Assembly (NCBI GenBank): GCA_902617375.1
Contig: CACMWI010000003.1
Location: 138,092 to 202,091, forward strand
From: an uncultured Alphaproteobacteria bacterium
GTDB taxonomy: Bacteria > Pseudomonadota > Alphaproteobacteria > Methylaequorales > Methylaequoraceae
Direction: 5' to 3'
DNA: 64,000 bases
This document shows, one piece after another, positions 28,001-38,220 of this stretch. A program made the translations under genes and the position numbers. Positions within the stretch are counted from its first letter, which is position 1. Every line of letters starts with the position of its first letter. Under the pieces are notes generated by a model. It worked only from the letters and a program-made list of their open reading frames with translations. It was not told the DNA's origin and made no database searches.

Positions 28001-28426
28001 CTATAATTTTAGGATTTTGATAAGATTGCAACAAACCATAGCAGCTTTTCCACCAAAATTTTTTTTTTTTATATCAGATCTTTCTACAGCTTGTTTCAAG
28101 TTGTTAACAGTTAAAATAGCTGAACCGAGGGGTATAACCTTTTTGTAAACAAGTGAATAAATTTCATTCATAGAAATATTTTTTACTATGTCATAGTGAT
28201 CTGTTTCGCCTTTTATAACACACCCTAGTACGATAAATCCTAGATAATCATTTTGGAATTTATGAAGTAAATAAGGAATTTCTAGTGAACCATCTACTCT
28301 TATCTTGTCAAAAAAAATATTGTTAGATATCAAATATGATTCAGCACCATTAATTAGGTTCTCCGAAATTTTAGGATAAAAATCAGAAAAAATGATTAAG
28401 ACTTTCTTAGATTTTTTTTGTACCAT
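28001..28426 (-). CDS. ribH: 6,7-dimethyl-8-ribityllumazine synthase
   Basis: VDGSLEIP, LGCVIKGETDHYD and GGKAA motifs. Confidence 0.93.
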   Translation of the reverse strand: MVQKKSKKVLIIFSDFYPKISENLINGAESYLISNNIFFDKIRVDGSLEIPYLLHKFQNDYLGFIVLGCVIKGETDHYDIVKNISMNEIYSLVYKKVIPLGSAILTVNNLKQAVERSDIKKKNFGGKAAMVCCNLIKILKL

Positions 28427-29486
28427 TAATCTCTAATCCAAAACCATCTATTCCCACTATATTTTTTGATGATTTAGTTAACAAAATAATTTTCTTTACA
28501 CCCAAATCGAGAAGTATTTGCGCACCCACCCCATATTCCTTTAGAATTTTATTCTTACTTTTAGATAAAGTTGAAATTTTTTTTTTCATTTCTTTATCTG
28601 GATTTCTAACTATCACAATAACTCCTTGATCATTTTTACTTATAATTTCAATTGACTTTTCAAGATCTTTATTTTTTAAGTCAAGTAAATCCGAAATGAT
28701 ATTTAAACTATGCATTCTGACTAACACACTTTTATTTTTTGTAATTTTTCCTTTGACTAAAACTAGGTGTTCAGTTTCATCTATCAGATTTTTATAAACA
28801 AATAACTTAAATGTACCAAACTTAGGAAGACTTATTTCGTCACTTTTTACACATTTAACAAACTTATCTTTTTTTAATTTATATTCAATCAAATCCTTTA
28901 TTGATGACATTTTGAGTTTATGCTGTTTGCAAAATTGTTTAAGATCTTTAAAACGTGCCATTGAACCATCGTCGTTCATTATTTCACAAATGACACCAAA
29001 AGGACTTGAATCTCCATTAGCAAGTCTAGATAAATCAACAGCGGCTTCAGTATGCCCAGCTCTTTCCAGGACTCCTCCATCTTTAGCTAACAAAGGAAAA
29101 ATATGACCTGGACTAACCAAATCATTTGCTTTGGATTTTGACGAAACTGCAACTTTAATGGTTTGCGATCTGTCTTTAGCACTAATTCCAGTGGTTACTC
29201 CTTTTTTAGCCTCAATTGAGACAGTAAATGCAGTTCTGTGTCTGCTGAGATTATCGTCAGTCATAAGCTTTAAATTTAGTTTTTTAAATCTTTTTTTATC
29301 TAGTGCCAAACAAATTAATCCACGGGCATATTTTGCCATAAAATTAATTTTTTGAGGAGAAACATGTGTTGCAGAAAAGACAAGGTCTCCTTCATTTTCT
29401 CTTTTTTCGTCATCAACTATCACAACCATCTTTCCTTTAGATAAATCTTTAATAATTTGAGAAATTGGAGAAAAACTTGTTTTCAT
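28407..29486 (-). CDS. ribB: DHBP synthase fused to a degenerate GTP cyclohydrolase II-like domain (RibBX type)
   Basis: DDEKRENEGD, TAFTVSIEA and RAGHTEAAVDL motifs; the C-domain has YGVGAQIL but no Zn-binding Cys. Confidence 0.92.
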   Translation of the reverse strand: MKTSFSPISQIIKDLSKGKMVVIVDDEKRENEGDLVFSATHVSPQKINFMAKYARGLICLALDKKRFKKLNLKLMTDDNLSRHRTAFTVSIEAKKGVTTGISAKDRSQTIKVAVSSKSKANDLVSPGHIFPLLAKDGGVLERAGHTEAAVDLSRLANGDSSPFGVICEIMNDDGSMARFKDLKQFCKQHKLKMSSIKDLIEYKLKKDKFVKCVKSDEISLPKFGTFKLFVYKNLIDETEHLVLVKGKITKNKSVLVRMHSLNIISDLLDLKNKDLEKSIEIISKNDQGVIVIVRNPDKEMKKKISTLSKSKNKILKEYGVGAQILLDLGVKKIILLTKSSKNIVGIDGFGLEINGTKKI

Positions 29487-30058
29487 TTGTTAAGAGCCTT
29501 AAACACATATCTTGCTAACATGTCAATTTCTATATTAAATTTATCACCAACTGCTGAAAACTTTAAGTTTGTATTTTCCCATGTAAAAGGCACAATGCTT
29601 ACATCAAAATTTTCTCTATCAACTTTATTTACTGTTAAAGAAATTCCATCAATACAAATAGAACACTTATTTGTTAAATATTTAGATAAGTCGGAGGGTA
29701 TTGAAAAACTTAAAATCCAAGAATCTTTATCATTTTTTATTTCATTTAGAGTTGCAATACCATCGACATGACCGAAAACAAGATGACCACTCAAATCTTC
29801 TCCAATTTTTAGTGACTTTTCAAGGTTCAATTTATCACCTTTTTTCTTTAATTTAAAATTTGTTTTGGAGACTGTTTCAGATGATAAATTACAAAAAAAA
29901 ATATCCTTCTCAAAACTTCTGACTGTTAAACATGCACCTGAACATGAAATTGATTCTCCTAGAATCAAACTATTAAATTCTGATTTTATTCCAAGAATTC
30001 TTGATTTTGCATTCCAAGAATGAATGATGCCGACTTTTTTAATTATTCCAGTAAACAT
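29483..30058 (-). CDS. ribE: Riboflavin synthase (alpha chain)
   Basis: MFTGII, GACLTV, GHLVFGHVDG and DGISLTV motifs. Confidence 0.96.
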   Translation of the reverse strand: MFTGIIKKVGIIHSWNAKSRILGIKSEFNSLILGESISCSGACLTVRSFEKDIFFCNLSSETVSKTNFKLKKKGDKLNLEKSLKIGEDLSGHLVFGHVDGIATLNEIKNDKDSWILSFSIPSDLSKYLTNKCSICIDGISLTVNKVDRENFDVSIVPFTWENTNLKFSAVGDKFNIEIDMLARYVFKALNK

Positions 30059-30061
30059 ATT

Positions 30062-31165
30062 TTAATAATTTTGTTTTTCTAATATTTCCATCGTATTATT
30101 TTTTACAATCGATAATTGCTTAGGTTTAAAAGTTATTTTTTTCTTTTTATTTAAAAGATTAGTAGCATTAACTCCTTCGCCACCAATAAAATAATTAGAT
30201 CTAAAAATAACTAAACGATCAACTAAATCTTCGTTAAGAAATGATGTAAAAACCTCTCCACCTCCCTCAACTAATAAGTTGCAGACTCCCAGTTTAGCTA
30301 GCTCTTGAATAATATAAGATAATTTAAACATATTGTTATTTAACATAAACACCTTTACTTTTTTTTTTTGGATTTTTTTTATTATTTGATTTTCATTCTT
30401 GATGGTAAAAATAAAAGTTTGGTTTGTTTTGCAATTTTTAAAAATATTAGAATTTAGGTCTAAATCTAATTTTTTGGAAAGAATAATTCTTATTGGAGAA
30501 AATCTTTTTAAACCATCTATTCTGCAGTTTAGTTTTGGGTTATCAATATTAACAGTATTTTTACCAACTAAAATCGCATCAGCTTCGGATCTCATAAGAT
30601 GAACAATTTTTTTTACCTGATTGTTTGTAATTCTTTCAGATTTATTGAGTTTAGAAGCAATTTTTGTATCAATTGAAGATCCAATCTTTAGGGTGACCTT
30701 TGGACGACTGAATTTTCTATTTAAAATATATCCATCATAAATTTGTTTAGTTTCTTTATTCAAAATATCCCCTAATACCTCTAATCCACTAGTTCTTAAT
30801 AATTTTTCTCCTGATCCATTAACTCTTTTGTCAGGATCCCTGAGTGAAAAAACAACTCTATTAATTTTTGATTTTAAAATCTTAGACACACAGGACTCAT
30901 CTCTTCCAGAGTGACAACAAGGTTCTAAAGTCGAATAAAGCGTATAATAATAGTTTTTTTTAAAAGTTACTTTTCTTAAAGCAACTGCCTCGGCATGAGG
31001 CCTTCCTCCTTCAAAAGTATAACCAAAGGAAACAATCTTTTTGGAATTTTTTTTTGAATTCGACTCCACTATCAAACAGACAACAGGAGGGTTGGGAAAA
31101 GTCATTCCAATTATTTTTTTTAAAAGAAAAATAGCAATTTTGATGTATTTTATATCTAAATCCAC
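30062..31165 (-). CDS. ribD: Bifunctional riboflavin deaminase/reductase
   Basis: PNPPV, PHAE, TLEPCCH, DNPKLNCR and LVEGG motifs. Confidence 0.95.
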   Translation of the reverse strand: MDLDIKYIKIAIFLLKKIIGMTFPNPPVVCLIVESNSKKNSKKIVSFGYTFEGGRPHAEAVALRKVTFKKNYYYTLYSTLEPCCHSGRDESCVSKILKSKINRVVFSLRDPDKRVNGSGEKLLRTSGLEVLGDILNKETKQIYDGYILNRKFSRPKVTLKIGSSIDTKIASKLNKSERITNNQVKKIVHLMRSEADAILVGKNTVNIDNPKLNCRIDGLKRFSPIRIILSKKLDLDLNSNIFKNCKTNQTFIFTIKNENQIIKKIQKKKVKVFMLNNNMFKLSYIIQELAKLGVCNLLVEGGGEVFTSFLNEDLVDRLVIFRSNYFIGGEGVNATNLLNKKKKITFKPKQLSIVKNNTMEILEKQNY

Positions 31166-31168
31166 GTC

Positions 31169-31630
31169 CTATTCGTTTTTGAGATTTAAATTTTTATCAA
31201 TGAACTTTCTAAAATCATCAGTTTCTTGAAAATCTTTATATACCGAAGCAAATCTTAAATAAGCTACTCTATCTAATTCTTTAAGAGCATCCATTACAAG
31301 TTCTCCAATTACTTTTGTCGGAATTTCGGTTTCACCGGAACTTTCTAGTCTTCTTTGTATACTATTGGTTATTAATTCTATCTTGTCAGGGTTAACTGGT
31401 CGTTTTCTGCAAGAAATGTTTATAGATCTTACTAGTTTTTCTCTATCAAATACTGTCCTGCTGTCATCTTTTTTTATCACCATTAATTCTCTTAATTGTA
31501 CTCTCTCAAATGTAGTGAATCTAGCTCCGCAAGCCGGGCACTGTCTCCTCCTTCTAATAGAGCTATTATCTTCTGTTGGTCTAGAATCCTTAACTTGGGT
31601 TTCTTCGTGGCCACAAAATGGACATCTCAT
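31169..31630 (-). CDS. nrdR: Transcriptional repressor NrdR
   Basis: MRCPFC..DSR...IRRRRQC..C..RFTTFE and [10 protein letters not shown] motifs. Confidence 0.98.
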   Translation of the reverse strand: MRCPFCGHEETQVKDSRPTEDNSSIRRRRQCPACGARFTTFERVQLRELMVIKKDDSRTVFDREKLVRSINISCRKRPVNPDKIELITNSIQRRLESSGETEIPTKVIGELVMDALKELDRVAYLRFASVYKDFQETDDFRKFIDKNLNLKNE

Positions 31631-31687
31631 AAAATAGCTTACCTATCTCTAGTAAAAAGCAAATAATTTCTTTTACAGCGAAGGATG

Positions 31688-32971
31688 CTAGATGGCAGTG
31701 CTATAAATTGGAAATTTTTCACATAAAGCTTTCACTTTTGATTTCACTTCCTTTTCAACCTTTGAATTATCTTCTGGATTTAAGGATAAACCGTCTAAAA
31801 CATCTCCGATGAGATTACCAACAATACGAAATTCTTCTTTTCCGAAACCTCTACTCGTACCAGCAGGAGTTCCCAGTCTTATTCCTGAAGTTACAAAAGG
31901 ACTTTCAGGATCGAATGGAACACCGTTTTTGTTGCAAGTGATGCCAGCGTTCTCAAGTGATCTTTCCGCAGCTTTACCAGTTATTTTTTTTGGTCTTAAA
32001 TCTACTAACACAAGATGGGTATCTGTTCCACCTGAAACTACTTCTAAGCCTCTTTCTAGCATTATTTCGGATAAAACTTTAGAATTCGAAACGACAGATT
32101 CGATATATTTTTTAAAATCTGGTTGTAGTGCTTCACCAAAAGCTACTGCTTTAGCACATATAACGTGCATGAGCGGACCACCTTGAAGGCCTGGGAAAAC
32201 AGCAGAATTAATCTTTTTTGCATGAGCTTCGTTATTAGTAAGAATTATTCCACCTCTAGGTCCTCTAAGTGTTTTATGAGTTGTTGACGTTACAACGTCT
32301 GCAAATTCGAGTGGGTTAGGATAAAGCCCTGTAGCTACTAGGCCGGCAAAGTGTGCCATATCAACAAGGAAAAGTGCTCCAACTTTATCAGCAATTTCTT
32401 TAAATTTTTTGAAGTCAATGATCCTGGGATATGATGATCCTCCTGCGATAATCAACTTAGGTTTATTCTCTAGAGCCAATTTTTCTACTTCATCATAATC
32501 GATCAAAGCTGTGTCTTTTCTGACTCCATATTGGATTGCATTAAACCATTTGCCTGATTCATTTGGTGGGGCGCCATGGGTTAAATGACCTCCAGCAGCA
32601 AGAGACATTCCCATTATTGTATCACCTGGTTTTAACAATGCTAAAAAAACCGCTTGATTTGCCTGAGATCCTGAATGAACTTGAACATTAGCAAAACCAG
32701 CGTTGAATAATTTTTTAATTCTATCAATGCAAATATCTTCAACAACATCCACATGTTCACATCCGCCGTAGTATCTTTTACCAGAATACCCTTCAGCATA
32801 TTTATTTGTTAGTATTGTTCCTTGTGCCTCTAATACTGCCTTTGAAACGATATTCTCGGAAGCAATCAATTCAATTTGATCGTTCTGTCTGTGATATTCT
32901 TTTTTTATAGCCTCTAAGACTGCTGGATCAGTTTGTGTCAAACTGCTTTCAAAAAATAGTTGTGCTGTCAT
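31688..32971 (-). CDS. glyA: Serine hydroxymethyltransferase
   Basis: [33 protein letters not shown] and FPGLQGGP motifs. Confidence 0.99.
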   Translation of the reverse strand: MTAQLFFESSLTQTDPAVLEAIKKEYHRQNDQIELIASENIVSKAVLEAQGTILTNKYAEGYSGKRYYGGCEHVDVVEDICIDRIKKLFNAGFANVQVHSGSQANQAVFLALLKPGDTIMGMSLAAGGHLTHGAPPNESGKWFNAIQYGVRKDTALIDYDEVEKLALENKPKLIIAGGSSYPRIIDFKKFKEIADKVGALFLVDMAHFAGLVATGLYPNPLEFADVVTSTTHKTLRGPRGGIILTNNEAHAKKINSAVFPGLQGGPLMHVICAKAVAFGEALQPDFKKYIESVVSNSKVLSEIMLERGLEVVSGGTDTHLVLVDLRPKKITGKAAERSLENAGITCNKNGVPFDPESPFVTSGIRLGTPAGTSRGFGKEEFRIVGNLIGDVLDGLSLNPEDNSKVEKEVKSKVKALCEKFPIYSTAI

Positions 32972-32988
32972 TTTTTCTCCATATTATT

Positions 32989-33423
32989 TTATTCTACAAG
33001 ATTAAATTTATCAAGTCTAGCTTGATGACGTCCACCTTCATAGTTTGTTTTCAAAAATACTAATAAACATTTAATAGCTTCTTGCTCAGAAATCAACCTC
33101 GAACCTAAAACTAAAATGTTGGCATTGTTATGTTGTCTTGCCAAAATTGACATCTTATTATTCATACAAAGTGCTGCACGAACATTTTTAAACTTATTTG
33201 CGACCATTGACATTCCAATACCTGAACCACAAATCAAAACCCCTACCAAATCGTTTTTTAAATTAATTTTTTTAGACAGCTTTTTTGCATAATCCGGATA
33301 ATCAACAGAGTTCTCAGAAAAAGGACCTAGGTCCTCAAATGTTATTTCGCCCTGTAATTCTTCAATTAAAATATTTTTTAACTTGAATCCAGCATGATCA
33401 CTTGCAATTAAGACCTTATTCAC
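32989..33423 (-). CDS. rpiB: Ribose 5-phosphate isomerase B
   Basis: SDHAG, SVDYPD, CGSGIG, HNNAN and GGRH motifs. Confidence 0.96.
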   Translation of the reverse strand: MNKVLIASDHAGFKLKNILIEELQGEITFEDLGPFSENSVDYPDYAKKLSKKINLKNDLVGVLICGSGIGMSMVANKFKNVRAALCMNNKMSILARQHNNANILVLGSRLISEQEAIKCLLVFLKTNYEGGRHQARLDKFNLVE

Positions 33424-33424
33424 A

Positions 33425-34846
33425 TCAATTTTCCTTTAATTTTAATATATCTAATTTTAATTGTGACGATAAAAAGTATAATCCAATGATATTTGGTATG
33501 GACATAGCGAAAATCATTGAATCAGAGAAATTTATAACACTTTCAAGATTCATCGAAGTACCAATTACTGTAAAACTAAGGAAGATTATTTTGAAAGAAT
33601 ATTTACTTAAAGAACTCATTCCAAATAAATACGTCCAACATCTCAAGCCATAGTATGACCATGTTATTAAAGTAGATATTGCAAAAAGAGTAATTGCTAA
33701 AGCCAATATTGTTGGGAACCAAGTAAAAACTGATTCAAATGCTCTCGAGGTCAGTTCAACTCCTTGTATACCAGAGTTACTCTCATAAACACCTGTCATA
33801 ATAATCACTAATGCTGTCATTGAACACACAATTATTGTATCTACAACTGGAGACAGCAATGACATGAAACCAGTATTCAAGTGATTATTACTTTTTGCAG
33901 GAGCATATGCAATTGGGGCAGATCCAATTCCTGATTCATTTGAAAAAACTGCTCTTTTTACTCCAGCAATAAGGGAGCCTAAAAATCCCCCTACTGAAGC
34001 ATCAAGGTTAAATGCACTTGAGAATATTTTATAAATTGTTTCAGGAATCAAACCAAAATTGGAGATTATAATATACAAACAAGAAAAAACATAAATAAAT
34101 GCCATTAATGGAACAAGTCTTTCAGTAACTTTTCCAATTGATTTTATGCCGCCGATAATTATGAAACCGACAATAAAAGCAAAAATTATTCCACCTAACC
34201 AACCTTTATTGAACAAAGGGCTATTTTCAGATCCAGTTGCTTCAACAATTTGTTGAAAAGCTTGATTTGCCTGGAACATATTTCCTCCGCCAAAAGAACC
34301 ACCTATACAACAAATTGCAAAGAATATTGCTAAAAATTTCCCCAATTTTACATAACCAAGTTGACCCATCCCGTCTGATAAGTATCTAATTGCTCCACCT
34401 GAAACAGTGCCATCTTTGTGTATTTTTCTGTATTTGTGGCCTAAACTGACTTCCACAAACTTCAGGGTCATACCAAAAAAAGCTGTTATAATCATCCATA
34501 ACATTGCTCCAGGCCCACCTATTGAAATAGCAACGGCAACACCAGCAATATTCCCAAGACCAATTGTTCCAGACATTGCAGCAGTAAAAGATTGAAAATG
34601 AGTAATCTCTCCTGGATGGCTTGGGTCATCGTATTTACCAAATGCTACGTTAAGTGCTCTTTTAAAATAGAAAATATTTACAAATCTAAAATAAAAAGAA
34701 AAATAAAGGCTGGCAAACACAAGCCATAAAACGATGAATGGAATCTGATTCCCAAAAAAGGAGAAACTTCCAAAAACAAAGCCAGTGATTGAATCAGAAA
34801 TTGGTTGAAGAAATGTCTCAATATTTTTGTCTAAATTTTCAATCAT
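33425..34846 (-). CDS. Alanine/glycine:cation symporter (AGCS family)
   Basis: GTIGLGNIAGVA.AI.IGGPGA, GNMFQANQ, RAVFSNESG.GSAP and DTIIVC motifs. Confidence 0.93.
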   Translation of the reverse strand: MIENLDKNIETFLQPISDSITGFVFGSFSFFGNQIPFIVLWLVFASLYFSFYFRFVNIFYFKRALNVAFGKYDDPSHPGEITHFQSFTAAMSGTIGLGNIAGVAVAISIGGPGAMLWMIITAFFGMTLKFVEVSLGHKYRKIHKDGTVSGGAIRYLSDGMGQLGYVKLGKFLAIFFAICCIGGSFGGGNMFQANQAFQQIVEATGSENSPLFNKGWLGGIIFAFIVGFIIIGGIKSIGKVTERLVPLMAFIYVFSCLYIIISNFGLIPETIYKIFSSAFNLDASVGGFLGSLIAGVKRAVFSNESGIGSAPIAYAPAKSNNHLNTGFMSLLSPVVDTIIVCSMTALVIIMTGVYESNSGIQGVELTSRAFESVFTWFPTILALAITLFAISTLITWSYYGLRCWTYLFGMSSLSKYSFKIIFLSFTVIGTSMNLESVINFSDSMIFAMSIPNIIGLYFLSSQLKLDILKLKEN

Positions 34847-34872
34847 CTCTTTAATTTTAAACGAAAAAAAAA

Positions 34873-36177
34873 TTACTGCAAAATTTCAATTAATTTTTCA
34901 TAAGAATTAATTAGATTTTCTTTTTTTATACAATAAGGTGGCATAAAGTAAACTGTATTTCCGAGTGGGCGCAACAACAACCCGTTTTCAAGAAATTTCT
35001 TTCTCATTTCAAGACTTTCCAAAGAACCGTAGCTATCGGAAATATTTTTAAAATCAAATGCTGCAATTGTTCCTAATTTACGAATTTTTGAAATATTTTG
35101 AAGTTTTGATATGTTTTTTAAACAATCATTGTGAATTTTAGAGATTTCTTCAATTTTTGTAAAAGTTTTATCCTCATTAAATAAATTTAGAGAACTAAGA
35201 GCTGCTGCACATGCAACAGGATTGGCAGAAAATGAATGCCCATGAAGAAATGTTTTATTAAAATTAGTGTCTACAAAAACTTTATGTATTTCCTCACTAA
35301 ACACTGTAGCTGCAAGAGGAATAAATCCTCCAGTAAGTGATTTTGCCAAACAAATTATATCTGGTTTCATGGTTAAATGATCTGTAGCGAACATTTTTCC
35401 AGTTCTTCCAAAACCAGTCATCACCTCATCAAATATTACGAGTATTCCGTGATCTTTAAACATTTTCACTAACTTATCCAAAAAATCTTTTCTACAAATT
35501 TTCATACCTCCTGCACCCTGGACAAGTGGCTCTAAAATTACAGCAGCAATTTTACCTTTCTCTTTTTCAACAATTTTGTGTGCAGCATTCATAGCTAATC
35601 TTTCACTTTCTTCAAGTTGATTGTTCCCCCACCAATCCTCTGGAAAAGGAATAAAAGAATTTTTGTGTAAAATATCCTCAAATGGCTTGTAAAAGCCAGT
35701 TGTTTTACCCACAGACATTGCACCGAAAGTGTCGCCATGGTATCCGCCTGAAAATGCAACAAATTTTGTTTTTTTTTTTCCTAAATTATGCCAATACTGA
35801 ATTGCAACTTTCATCGCTATTTCAACAGAGGTTGAACCATTATCTGAATAGAAGACTCGAGACAATTTTTTGGGTAAAATATCAACAATTCTAGCAGCCA
35901 AGTCTACAGCTGGATGATGTGTAAAACCAGCAAAAAGAACTTGCTCAAATTTTTTGGACTGATTAAAAACAGAATTTACCATTTCGTTTCTGCAATGACC
36001 ATGCGTATTTATCCACCACGAGGATATTAAATCAATATACTCTTTACCTTCAATATCAAAAAGTTTTTCATCTTTTGCTGAACTTATAATTATTGGATCT
36101 TCAGAAAATGAAGATTGTGTGAAAGGATGCCAGAGAAATTTTTTATCCTTAGCTAAAATTTGTTTTTTTGATTTCAT
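34873..36177 (-). CDS. bioA: Adenosylmethionine-8-amino-7-oxononanoate aminotransferase
   Basis: LWHPFTQ, SSWWINTHGH, GYHGDT, FDEVMTGFGRTG, AKSLTGG and RPLGN motifs. Confidence 0.97.
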   Translation of the reverse strand: MKSKKQILAKDKKFLWHPFTQSSFSEDPIIISSAKDEKLFDIEGKEYIDLISSWWINTHGHCRNEMVNSVFNQSKKFEQVLFAGFTHHPAVDLAARIVDILPKKLSRVFYSDNGSTSVEIAMKVAIQYWHNLGKKKTKFVAFSGGYHGDTFGAMSVGKTTGFYKPFEDILHKNSFIPFPEDWWGNNQLEESERLAMNAAHKIVEKEKGKIAAVILEPLVQGAGGMKICRKDFLDKLVKMFKDHGILVIFDEVMTGFGRTGKMFATDHLTMKPDIICLAKSLTGGFIPLAATVFSEEIHKVFVDTNFNKTFLHGHSFSANPVACAAALSSLNLFNEDKTFTKIEEISKIHNDCLKNISKLQNISKIRKLGTIAAFDFKNISDSYGSLESLEMRKKFLENGLLLRPLGNTVYFMPPYCIKKENLINSYEKLIEILQ

Positions 36178-36815
36178 ATAACTCCAAACAAAGTTTTCAT
36201 ATCTTCAACTGATTTTTTATTAATAACTGATTTAAATGGTATATTGGCAATTATATTAATTTTTTTGCCATAAATTTTTTTTCCAAACTTTGAAATAGTC
36301 TTGAAAGTTTCAGGTTCGTTATCTCCAACAAAAACAATTCCGCATAATTTTATTTTTTTTTGTTTTAAAAGATTTATTGACAAGAGTGTGTGGTTTATTG
36401 TTCCTAATTGCGACCTACTCACTAAGATAACTGGAAAATTAAAAAATTTTATTAAATCGATCATGAGCATTTTATCATTCAATGGTACGTTTAATCCGCC
36501 AGCGCCCTCAATAAAAATTTTTTTTTTAAGCTTTTCATTCAAAACATTTTTAAATCTAACCATTCTAATTTTTTTTTTCTCAAAGTCAGCGGCGATATTG
36601 GGGCTTAATCCTTTTTCAAAAAAATAAGTTTCTGGAAGTATTGTTTTTCTATTACAATTTTTTGTAATTATATCTGAATCTTTATAACCAAATTTATCAA
36701 CACCACATTGAATAGGCTTATAATATATTGCATCGAATTTATTTACTAAAATTGAAGCTACTAAAGTTTTACCAACCCCTGTATCGGTTCCAGAAATAAA
36801 ATATCCTTTCGGCAT
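36174..36815 (-). CDS. bioD: Dethiobiotin synthetase
   Basis: GTDTGVGKT, YYKPIQCG, EGAGG and LGTINHT motifs. Confidence 0.96.
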   Translation of the reverse strand: MPKGYFISGTDTGVGKTLVASILVNKFDAIYYKPIQCGVDKFGYKDSDIITKNCNRKTILPETYFFEKGLSPNIAADFEKKKIRMVRFKNVLNEKLKKKIFIEGAGGLNVPLNDKMLMIDLIKFFNFPVILVSRSQLGTINHTLLSINLLKQKKIKLCGIVFVGDNEPETFKTISKFGKKIYGKKINIIANIPFKSVINKKSVEDMKTLFGVI

Positions 36816-37561
36816 TAGTCTCTAATTTTCCTTATAAAAAAATAACTAATATCAAAGTTAACTCTAACTTTGTCTCTATCTCTTCTCAAACTATAAAGAT
36901 CTGAAATATTAAATACATTGTTACTCACATTAGCTCCAATTTTTTTTAGACTTTGAAAGAAAAACATTATATTTTTATATTCTAGCTCATGGATCATCCT
37001 TTTCATTGTGAAATAAAATTTTTTATTATTTAAAAGTTCTTCCACTTTTTTCTCATTTGGAAAGTCATTAATTAATTTATGATGTTTAGTTTTTAAACTA
37101 TTTAAACTTCTTGAGTTGGGAAAAGAAATGAGCACAATAGAATTTTTTTTAATTGAATTTAGTATTTTTTTAATAAGCTTTAAAAAATCTTTTGACCAAT
37201 GAAGTGACATATTTGACACAATTAAATTATAATTTTCAAAATTATCAAAAAAATCAAAGTCATTTTTTAAAAAAAAAACATTTTGATTCTTAAATCTTAT
37301 TTTTGATTTTTCAATCATATTATTAGAAATATCTAATAAGTGAATTCTGGTTAAACTTAAATTTTCAGATATTTTTTTACTACAAAATCCTGTTCCACAA
37401 CCAAGTTCTAATAAAGAAAATCCTTCTTTATTTTGTGTAAGTTCATTAAAAAATAAATTTAATAGATTTTTTGATATTTCTTTTTGCATGCTGGAATTTT
37501 TGTCATAACAATCAGCTCCTTGATCAAATGAATTTTTTATTTTTTTTTTGAATGTGTCCAC
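36815..37561 (-). CDS. bioC: Malonyl-ACP O-methyltransferase (BioC-like)
   Basis: F...A..YD, LELGCGTG, DIS.NM, SN..LHW and LKKIGAN motifs; located in the bio cluster. Confidence 0.82.
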   Translation of the reverse strand: MDTFKKKIKNSFDQGADCYDKNSSMQKEISKNLLNLFFNELTQNKEGFSLLELGCGTGFCSKKISENLSLTRIHLLDISNNMIEKSKIRFKNQNVFFLKNDFDFFDNFENYNLIVSNMSLHWSKDFLKLIKKILNSIKKNSIVLISFPNSRSLNSLKTKHHKLINDFPNEKKVEELLNNKKFYFTMKRMIHELEYKNIMFFFQSLKKIGANVSNNVFNISDLYSLRRDRDKVRVNFDISYFFIRKIRD

Positions 37562-38220
37562 TATATTTTCTCAAGAACTTTATAAATTAATTCAAAACAT
37601 TTTTCAGGATTCGTCTTTGGAAATCCATGATCATATTCATTTAAAAAGCTAATATCGTGATTATCATTATCTAAAAAATCTATACTTTCTTTATTAATGT
37701 TTAAAACTTTGTCATTTGTTGAATAAAATGTGTGAATAGGAAAATTTAACTTATTAAACTTTAAGGAAAAATTTTCACGTTGGAGTTCTATTAATGCATC
37801 TCTAAGTGTTTCAATATTAATAACTTCGTGAAAAGAATATTCAACATTACATGTTTCGTAAAAGTTTTTAAGAACTTTGACAGGATTTTCTAACAATTGT
37901 TTATGCATGTAAGCAATTTTTCTATAAATAATATTTGGCTTTTTTTGATAATTGACAAAATCTGGTGATCCAAAAAAGTTGAATAGTAATCTACATGGAA
38001 TGTCATTTTTTAAAAACCAATTAAGACCATAAGAGTGAACTATGAAAATATTGTTATCACTTTTAAAAAAAAGTTTTGTTTGTTTTGTTTTTGAGAAGAA
38101 TTTAAGATCTAATGATTCTGAATTTTCACAAACATCAAGAGACTCGACTTTCTTTTTTACTGAGTTCCAAAAAGTTTTGTCAAAACCCCAACCATGAATA
38201 AAATAAAAATTAAATTTCAT
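37561..38220 (-). CDS. Alpha/beta-hydrolase, putative pimeloyl-ACP methyl ester esterase (BioH-like)
   Basis: HGWG oxyanion motif, VHSYG nucleophile elbow, candidate Asp (NDKV) and His (DHGFP); between bioF and bioC. Confidence 0.72.
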   Translation of the reverse strand: MKFNFYFIHGWGFDKTFWNSVKKKVESLDVCENSESLDLKFFSKTKQTKLFFKSDNNIFIVHSYGLNWFLKNDIPCRLLFNFFGSPDFVNYQKKPNIIYRKIAYMHKQLLENPVKVLKNFYETCNVEYSFHEVINIETLRDALIELQRENFSLKFNKLNFPIHTFYSTNDKVLNINKESIDFLDNDNHDISFLNEYDHGFPKTNPEKCFELIYKVLEKI

